This document shows positions 58,139 to 64,000 of a stretch of 64,000 bases of DNA, piece after piece. The DNA is from an uncultured Spirochaetota bacterium. GTDB lineage: Bacteria; Spirochaetota; Brevinematia; Brevinematales; JAOACQ01. The stretch lies in assembly GCA_963783575.1 (NCBI GenBank), contig CAWAOD010000016.1, forward strand, positions 160,001-224,000. The letters run 5' to 3'. The position numbers and the translations under genes are program-made. The first letter of the stretch is position 1. Each line of letters opens with the position of its first letter. The notes below the pieces were generated by a model. That model ran no database searches and was not told where the DNA came from. It was given only the letters and a program-made list of their open reading frames with translations.

Positions 58139-59149
58139 ATGGACGCAAAAAAGTGGATCGGAATTGATATCCACAAAAAGCAAATTACCGTTTGCATTAT
58201 TATAGAAAACGGTAAAAAATCAATCAAGCAATATGAGAGAAATGAAAAAGAATTAGCGGAATTTGAGAAAGAGATTGACAAAGAAACGATAATCGGGATT
58301 GAATCGACAAACTGGACATGGGATTTAATCAAACGGTTAAAAGATAAAGCAAAGGATGCGGTTATTTTCAATACTATTGATTTAAAAAGATTAATGGATC
58401 GATTTAAAAAAACAAACAAGGAAGATGCAGAAAGAATGGCGATTATATTACAAAGATTTGAAAAAGAAGAGCTAAGTACCTGTCAGATAAGAAGCGACGA
58501 AGACGCTGAAATAAGAGGATTATTATCTGTGAGGGAAGAAATGGTTAGCAATAAGAAAAGCTATAAGACAAAGATAATAGCGATGATGGAGTATTGGGGG
58601 ATTAAAACCGGAGACAAAATGTTCAACAATTTTGAAAAGAACACAAACTGGGTCAAAGAACAAAACATACCTGAGAGTATAAAGAGAGCCGTAATCCAGA
58701 TGTATGTTATGTTAGAAAATCTCAAAGAAGACATTAAGGTACTGGATAAAGAAACAGAAGCCTTAAGCATAAAGAGACCCGGATATAATGAGATTAAAGA
58801 ATTAACGGGAATAGGCACAACAACCGGCGCATACATCATAACGAAGGTAGGCAATATAGACCGCTTTAGTACCTCAAAAAAATTTGTATCATATATGGGA
58901 TTAGCACCAAGAGTTAGTGAAAGTGACGGAAAAGGAACAAATGGTCAAATTACACGAAAAGTAGACGGTGCTTTTTTAAGGGTCATAGTACAAGCAGCCT
59001 GGGTTCGTGTGAGATATGATAAAGAAATGAAATCGTTTTATGAGAATATTCGAACAAGAAGAGGAAAACAAAAAGCGATCATTGCAGTAGCGAGAAAAAT
59101 TATTGTGGAAGTATATTATAAGTTGTTGAATCTGAAATCTGAGGCTTGA
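58139..59149 (+). CDS. IS110-family recombinase/transposase
   Basis: IGIDIHK, IES, KTNKEDA, GIG, RF..K.VSYMGLAP...S, KAIIAVARK. Confidence 0.92.
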   Translation: MDAKKWIGIDIHKKQITVCIIIENGKKSIKQYERNEKELAEFEKEIDKETIIGIESTNWTWDLIKRLKDKAKDAVIFNTIDLKRLMDRFKKTNKEDAERMAIILQRFEKEELSTCQIRSDEDAEIRGLLSVREEMVSNKKSYKTKIIAMMEYWGIKTGDKMFNNFEKNTNWVKEQNIPESIKRAVIQMYVMLENLKEDIKVLDKETEALSIKRPGYNEIKELTGIGTTTGAYIITKVGNIDRFSTSKKFVSYMGLAPRVSESDGKGTNGQITRKVDGAFLRVIVQAAWVRVRYDKEMKSFYENIRTRRGKQKAIIAVARKIIVEVYYKLLNLKSEA

Positions 59150-59188
59150 ATCTTAAAATAAAACTTGACAAATTACATAGGAGGAAAT

Positions 59189-59644
59189 ATGAATCTTAAA
59201 AACGTTTTTGAAGGTACAATTGTTTTGCTTTCTACTTTGATCATTTTATCCGGATGCAACCTTTCCAGCCAGTCTTCATCATCAAGCTCAAGCGCGAAAC
59301 TGCTGTCTACATGGAACGGAACATACCATCATCATGACGGTTCCACAGGTTCTATTTCAATAAAACTATATGATGACAACACAGCTTCTGTTACCGCGGC
59401 CAACGGCAATCAAACCGCAAGCGGTTCCGGGAATTATACGCTCAGCGGAACCACATTCACCGTTACAATAAACGGAACGGCAAATAATCCCGGAGCTTCA
59501 CCCGCATCTTCAGGATTTAGCGATAATGTTACCGGTACTCTTGGTGCCAGCACCGGATCGGGTTCATATAATATTACTTATAACAATTCCGGGTGGAACA
59601 GCACGGCCGGCGGAAGCGGAACCTGGAGCGCAACCAAACAATAA
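59189..59644 (+). CDS. Ser/Gly/Thr-rich lipoprotein
   Basis: Lipobox LSGC, poly-Ser linker, beta-rich body; SD regenerated at the IS junction. Confidence 0.8.
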   Translation: MNLKNVFEGTIVLLSTLIILSGCNLSSQSSSSSSSAKLLSTWNGTYHHHDGSTGSISIKLYDDNTASVTAANGNQTASGSGNYTLSGTTFTVTINGTANNPGASPASSGFSDNVTGTLGASTGSGSYNITYNNSGWNSTAGGSGTWSATKQ

Positions 59645-59854
59645 TAATAAACTGAATTAAGGATTTAACCGGGATATAATGCTGCCGCCCAGCCATCAGT
59701 CAAAAAATTGTTTCTTATTTACCTGTTAGGTTGAAATTATCAAAAGACTCAAAAATGTTATCATTATTTTTTCCCACTCGAAAACAAAAAAAATCATCCA
59801 TTGATTTTGATTATTCTTTTTCTCCAATAAATTATTTTTTATCCATTGTGATAA

Positions 59855-60125
59855 GTGCCGCCCGAGAGGGCGGGTTATTGACGGGAAGAACGTTGCGAAA
59901 GAATGTGACTTTTGCGGCCCTCCGTAACTCGCATCCCTGCTTCGGACAGATCTGCGGGCACGCCGGCGTCCTGCCGGCTCGCAAAAGTAACATTCTTTCT
60001 CCGCTGTGCTTTCCCGTGAATCTTTGCGCAATCATTACGCTGCCGAACTTTCGTTCGGCCGGATATTTATATTTGGGTGGATATCATGGCGCAGTCCTTA
60101 CGCCCGAGGTTACTTGGCTTCACTC
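59855..60125. repeat. GC-rich long hairpin element (MITE/REP-like or structured RNA)
   Basis: ACGGGAAG..GAAAGAATGTGACTTTTGCG / CGCAAAAGTAACATTCTTTC..TTCCCGT arms with internal hairpins. Confidence 0.55.
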
Positions 60126-60259
60126 CTGATTGAAAGTATTCCATTATGACCAATAATAATCTGAAATTGCCGGTTCTTTTTGTTTTTTGGCCGGCTGTTC
60201 TAAATTATTCTTTGATAGAAAATCACAATAGTACCCAAGTTGCGATGTTATGATAAAAT

Positions 60260-60535
60260 GAGGAAATAAAAAAAGAAATTTTGACAGGTGAGGGAGATGG
60301 TATTAAACTCTGCCCGGATATACTCAAGATGGGTATAAAAAGGCAGAAGAAGGCTGGCTGCTCCCCTGGGATATAACGGGATTCTTTTTGAGAATACCGA
60401 ATAAAGCCCGAAGCTGCGAATAGTCCAGCCTTCTTCCTTACCAACATTATGGGACCGGAGCAAAGCTCCTGAACCCGAATAGACGGATGGCTGCCATTAC
60501 TCAGCCCGTCAAGGTGACTTTTTTATATTTCTTCT
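60260..60535 (+). ncRNA. Candidate bridge/seek RNA of IS110 element 2
   Basis: Closing stems GAAATAAAAAAAG/CTTTTTTATATTTC, TTGACAGG-TGAG/CTCA-CCCGTCAA and GAAGAAGGCTGG/CCAGCCTTCTTC; contains AATAGACGG matching the reconstructed target. Confidence 0.65.
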
Positions 60536-60569
60536 TAAGTATTCTAAAACATAAGAAGGAGAGTGTCAA

Positions 60570-61640
60570 ATGTATTACGGAGTTGATTTGCATTCGGATA
60601 ATCTGAAGGTTGCGATTCTTGGGGATAATGAAACTGAACCGAGGATATTCAGATCGAGCCTTGAACCAAAGTATTTTGAAAAGTTTTTAAACCGGTTAAC
60701 AAAAGATGATTACATCGCAGTAGAAGCATCAACAAACACATTCTGGTTTTATGACCAGGTTAAACCTCTTATCGCAGAATGTTATGTAATCAATCCCGGT
60801 AAATTCCAATTGGTTTCAAACTCAATGGTCAAGACAGATAAGAGGGACGCTATCAGTATTGTAAGAATGCTTAAATATAGTGTAATTACCGGAGAACCTT
60901 TACATACCATTTATATACCTAATTTGGAAGTAAGGGAAATCCGCGGGCTATTTACAACATATAAGCTTTTTAAGACGGATATTGTCAGAATGAAAAACAG
61001 GATTCATTCATTATTAAAGCAGAACGGTTACAAACAGGAACGGGAAAGCCTGAATGTTAAAGGTACAAAAGAACAAATTCTTCAGCTTGATTTAAGCGAA
61101 ACTGTAAAATTTGAGATAAATCTATTGTACAAGCAGATGGAAGAAATGATTAACAGTGCTAATGAAATAAAGAAAGAGATCTTGGTAAAAGGCAAGATAT
61201 TCAAAGAGGAAATAAAATTACTAATGAGTATAAAAGGCATTAGTCCATTTACCGCGATAGGAATAATGTCGGATGTGGCTGATATTAACCGTTTTAACAG
61301 TGTAAAAGACTTTTGTTCTTATCTGAGATCGGCTCCAAAAGTGGATTCCTCGAATAAAATGACGAAAATCGGAAAGCTTAATAAGAAGTCAAGACGTTTA
61401 ACGATGGAGTTATTAATCCAGAGCATTCAACACTTTCGGGATTGTAAGAAATTTAATTATTTTTATGAAAAGAAAAGTAAAGGTAAGTCAAAAGGCAAAG
61501 TCAGGGTTGCATTAGCAAGAAAAGTCATGGTAGCTATTTATCATATGCTTAAAAAGAAAGAGTTGTTTTACTACATTGATAAGAAGTGTTATGAAAGCAA
61601 AATGTGTGAGTACAATAATTTCTTAAAAAAAGCCGCTTAA
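60570..61640 (+). CDS. IS110-family recombinase/transposase
   Basis: YGVDLH, VEA, KTDKRDA, GIS, RF...SY...P...SS, VALARK. Confidence 0.92.
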   Translation: MYYGVDLHSDNLKVAILGDNETEPRIFRSSLEPKYFEKFLNRLTKDDYIAVEASTNTFWFYDQVKPLIAECYVINPGKFQLVSNSMVKTDKRDAISIVRMLKYSVITGEPLHTIYIPNLEVREIRGLFTTYKLFKTDIVRMKNRIHSLLKQNGYKQERESLNVKGTKEQILQLDLSETVKFEINLLYKQMEEMINSANEIKKEILVKGKIFKEEIKLLMSIKGISPFTAIGIMSDVADINRFNSVKDFCSYLRSAPKVDSSNKMTKIGKLNKKSRRLTMELLIQSIQHFRDCKKFNYFYEKKSKGKSKGKVRVALARKVMVAIYHMLKKKELFYYIDKKCYESKMCEYNNFLKKAA

Positions 61641-61735
61641 ACTCTTTAGTTTTATCATAGACGGGGAGCAATTTGATTCTTTATCTGAATTAAGATAATT
61701 ATCACGACAATTGTATTAAAATTAATTATAATAAT

Positions 61736-62857
61736 TTATTCTTCTTCAATAGAATTTGTATATTCTTCAGTTCTGATCTCAATACCTTTTTCAAAATAAG
61801 TTTTTTGAATATAAATTTTATTATCATCAGCGGGCAACTCAGGTAATCCTTCTACTTTTTTCCCGGCATACCGGTAATAAATTAATTTATCGCCATTCCA
61901 ATAAGGATCAACTATTGTCTGGTAACCCGAATTAAGTACATGATGCCCTGTTTTAAGATCAAAAGCATTAAGTCCCCTGCCTCCTGCGCTAGTTCCAGTA
62001 TCCAGAAATATATATCGTTTATCATAAGACATCATCATTATTGATGTGTTGTCTTCATTATCAAATCTGAATGCCCATTTCTTATTTTGACAATCAAACA
62101 AACCGAAAACAAATATAGTAACATCAATACCACCTATAGAAACTACCAGATATTTATCTTCATAATTTTGAGTTAATTTTAAATCTTTAAATAATATTTC
62201 ATAGCCTTCCGGTATTGATATTTTTTCTTTATAATAAATTGTTTTGGAATCTCCCGATTTTATGTAAAGTATATTTTCATCTAAGAAAGCTTTTAAATTA
62301 TAGCTTTGATTATCGCCTTCAATTTTATCCTTATTTTCTCCCCATAAAACTATATCGCTGACGGATATATCTTTCCATTTACTTCCATTATTAACTTCAT
62401 CAATTATCATTTTAATCTTTTTTACATTTTTCTGCTCAGTATTAAAGCTGTCAAAGCCTTTAATATCTTTGAAATTCAGTAAAATCGGATTTTTATACTC
62501 ATCATTTATAATTACTGTAGCTTTTTTTATTCTGCTGTTTAAAAAATACAAATCTCCGAAGTGTTTGTCATAATGCTGGAAACCATTGGCAATATTAATA
62601 TTATACAGCTTAATAGGTTCTTTAAGATAAATTTCAATCCAGGGCTTTACGTTACTTTGATATTGAACCTGCCAGCAAGTTGCCAGATCACTATCCAGAA
62701 CATTTTCGGGAACAAAAGAATAATCCGAGTAAGGGCTTAAATAAGAAGAAGCCTTGACATTCTTTATGAGATAATTCACATCTTCAAAATTATTTTTTGT
62801 CTCAGGAAAAATTAAATTTACTGAAAATAATGTTAACAAAACAATCAATCTTTTCAT
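61736..62857 (-). CDS. Exported protein with discoidin/NADase-type glycan-binding domain
   Basis: Signal peptide; ASSYL...PENVLD...T.W...NGFQ...NSRIK...G.KW.DISVSDI. Confidence 0.75.
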   Translation of the reverse strand: MKRLIVLLTLFSVNLIFPETKNNFEDVNYLIKNVKASSYLSPYSDYSFVPENVLDSDLATCWQVQYQSNVKPWIEIYLKEPIKLYNINIANGFQHYDKHFGDLYFLNSRIKKATVIINDEYKNPILLNFKDIKGFDSFNTEQKNVKKIKMIIDEVNNGSKWKDISVSDIVLWGENKDKIEGDNQSYNLKAFLDENILYIKSGDSKTIYYKEKISIPEGYEILFKDLKLTQNYEDKYLVVSIGGIDVTIFVFGLFDCQNKKWAFRFDNEDNTSIMMMSYDKRYIFLDTGTSAGGRGLNAFDLKTGHHVLNSGYQTIVDPYWNGDKLIYYRYAGKKVEGLPELPADDNKIYIQKTYFEKGIEIRTEEYTNSIEEE

Positions 62858-63214
62858 ATGGCCTCTATATTACGTGAAATAGTAATATACGTAAATTTCT
62901 ATTTAATAAATAATATTATCAATACAAAAATTGCTCCTGATATGGCATAAATTAATAGATTTATTCCTTTTGGGCCATACAGAAGTTTGCCTTTCAGAAA
63001 AATTGATATGCCCACAAATATTGATAGTAAAATAATAAAAAACAATCTTATCATTAGCCGCCTTTTAAATAAATATTAGAAATTATTTTTCACTATGTCG
63101 CTGCTCCGAGGTAGACACTTCACATTTATCACTTTTGGGCATTATAATATTCCTTAGTTTTTATCGAAATATACCCTATAGAAGTACAGATCGTAAATAA
63201 AGTATATAGATATT

Positions 63215-64000
63215 TCATGAAATCTTTTCTTCAACTTTTATTGGAATACCAATTCTTGCTCTAATTTCTTCATAAATTGGAAGGTCAATGTTAAAAAGGC
63301 TATTAACTTTTTCTACTGCTTCTAATGTTACAGCTAGACCATAATAAACATCTTCATCTAATGTTTTTGCGTCTTCTCTGCATACAACTGAAATCTTCAT
63401 AAATTTACCATCATGATAAGATACTACTTTTGAACCCTCAAAAACTTCATGTTGAACGGTGCCATTTTTTACCTGTTGCCAATCCGCATTTATTCTTTCA
63501 ACCCCTATGTCATCCATAGGTGGTTCAATTGATAAATTAGCTTTTCTATACTTTCTATTTGCAGGATTAATAGGGCTAAACCATGCTAACGTAATAATCA
63601 ATCGTTTTATTTCATTTATACCACTTAAACATGGGGGCAAAGGAAACTGAAAGTCATTCTTTTCATCTTTTTTTATTTTCCCAAAACCTATTGCGGTTGC
63701 TCTCTGTGAAGCACATTCAAGAACGCGTTGAATGTTTGGTATGCCAAAACCCATATATCGTGCAAAATTTCTCTTAAATTGTTTTTTATTTTGATTTGTA
63801 CTGAATATTTTTTTTAGAATGCTATAACCTTCACCCCATGATGCACTATGAACCAATAAGGCTTTTAAAATAACAGCGACATTGCTTTCATCAATTGAAA
63901 TATTATTTTCTAATATTAATGGGCTTAGCATTTCATAAATTTGAGATGCAGTCCGTGTAGCAAGCGCCGCGGAATTACTTGTTCCTCTGATATAAAAGCA
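63215..64000 (-). CDS. S8 (subtilisin-like) peptidase, C-terminal part; 5' end outside window
   Basis: Frame stays open to 64000: RGTSNSAA (catalytic Ser), KALLVHSA, YMGFGIP, ITLAWFSP, GTVQHE. Confidence 0.8.
   Translation of the reverse strand, partial: CFYIRGTSNSAALATRTASQIYEMLSPLILENNISIDESNVAVILKALLVHSASWGEGYSILKKIFSTNQNKKQFKRNFARYMGFGIPNIQRVLECASQRATAIGFGKIKKDEKNDFQFPLPPCLSGINEIKRLIITLAWFSPINPANRKYRKANLSIEPPMDDIGVERINADWQQVKNGTVQHEVFEGSKVVSYHDGKFMKISVVCREDAKTLDEDVYYGLAVTLEAVEKVNSLFNIDLPIYEEIRARIGIPIKVEEKIS

Larger units (their letters stand above)
57895..59184 (+). mobile_element. IS110-family element 1, bounded by ATAGGAGG direct repeats
   Basis: ATAGGAGG at 57895-57902 and 59177-59184; no terminal IRs; long structured 5' non-coding end. 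Confidence 0.85.
60228..61660 (+). mobile_element. IS110-family element 2 (ATAG core; sub-terminal IR)
   Basis: ATAG at 60228-60231 and 61657-61660; TATGATAAAA (60249) / TTTTATCATA (61650); exact left end uncertain. Confidence 0.75.

Noticed and set aside
59726..60463. Several 67-132 aa ORFs
   Set aside because: They overlap the GC-rich hairpin and the IS110 non-coding leader; open frames there are expected by chance.

Overview
Bacterial genomic window, AT-rich and mosaic. Scattered single-base indels split at least seven genes, most likely long-read or assembly errors. (1) The left ~17.6 kb is a two-gene operon on the minus strand. A YARHG lipoprotein gene precedes a giant secreted multidomain gene of over 5,300 codons that runs off the window edge. 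It reads as signal peptide, NlpC/P60-like Cys-His-Glu domain, degenerate alpha/beta-hydrolase, helical region, many FlgD-Ig-like repeats, a ZU5-like domain and a LamG domain. (2) The middle holds housekeeping and accessory genes: RlmD, a yybP-ykoY riboswitch with a TMEM165/GDT1 Mn exporter, a steroid 5-alpha-reductase/SDR pair, a tandem-domain ThyX and a fused R-M-S restriction enzyme. It also holds SPFH, RidA, a CsoR-CopA copper cluster with two paralogous Met/His-rich exported proteins, P-II and a PAS kinase. (3) The right ~16 kb is rich in mobile DNA. Three AT-rich orphan/defence-like genes are each preceded by a copy of what looks like the 3' end of a Type ISP restriction-modification gene, and the array is bracketed by inverted copies of a ~260-bp element. 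An IS1182 and its 58-bp MITE both sit in REP-like palindromes. Two IS110-family elements have ATAG cores and structured leaders that are bridge-RNA candidates, and one of them inserted into a Shine-Dalgarno sequence. No rRNA, tRNA or CRISPR array was recognised.
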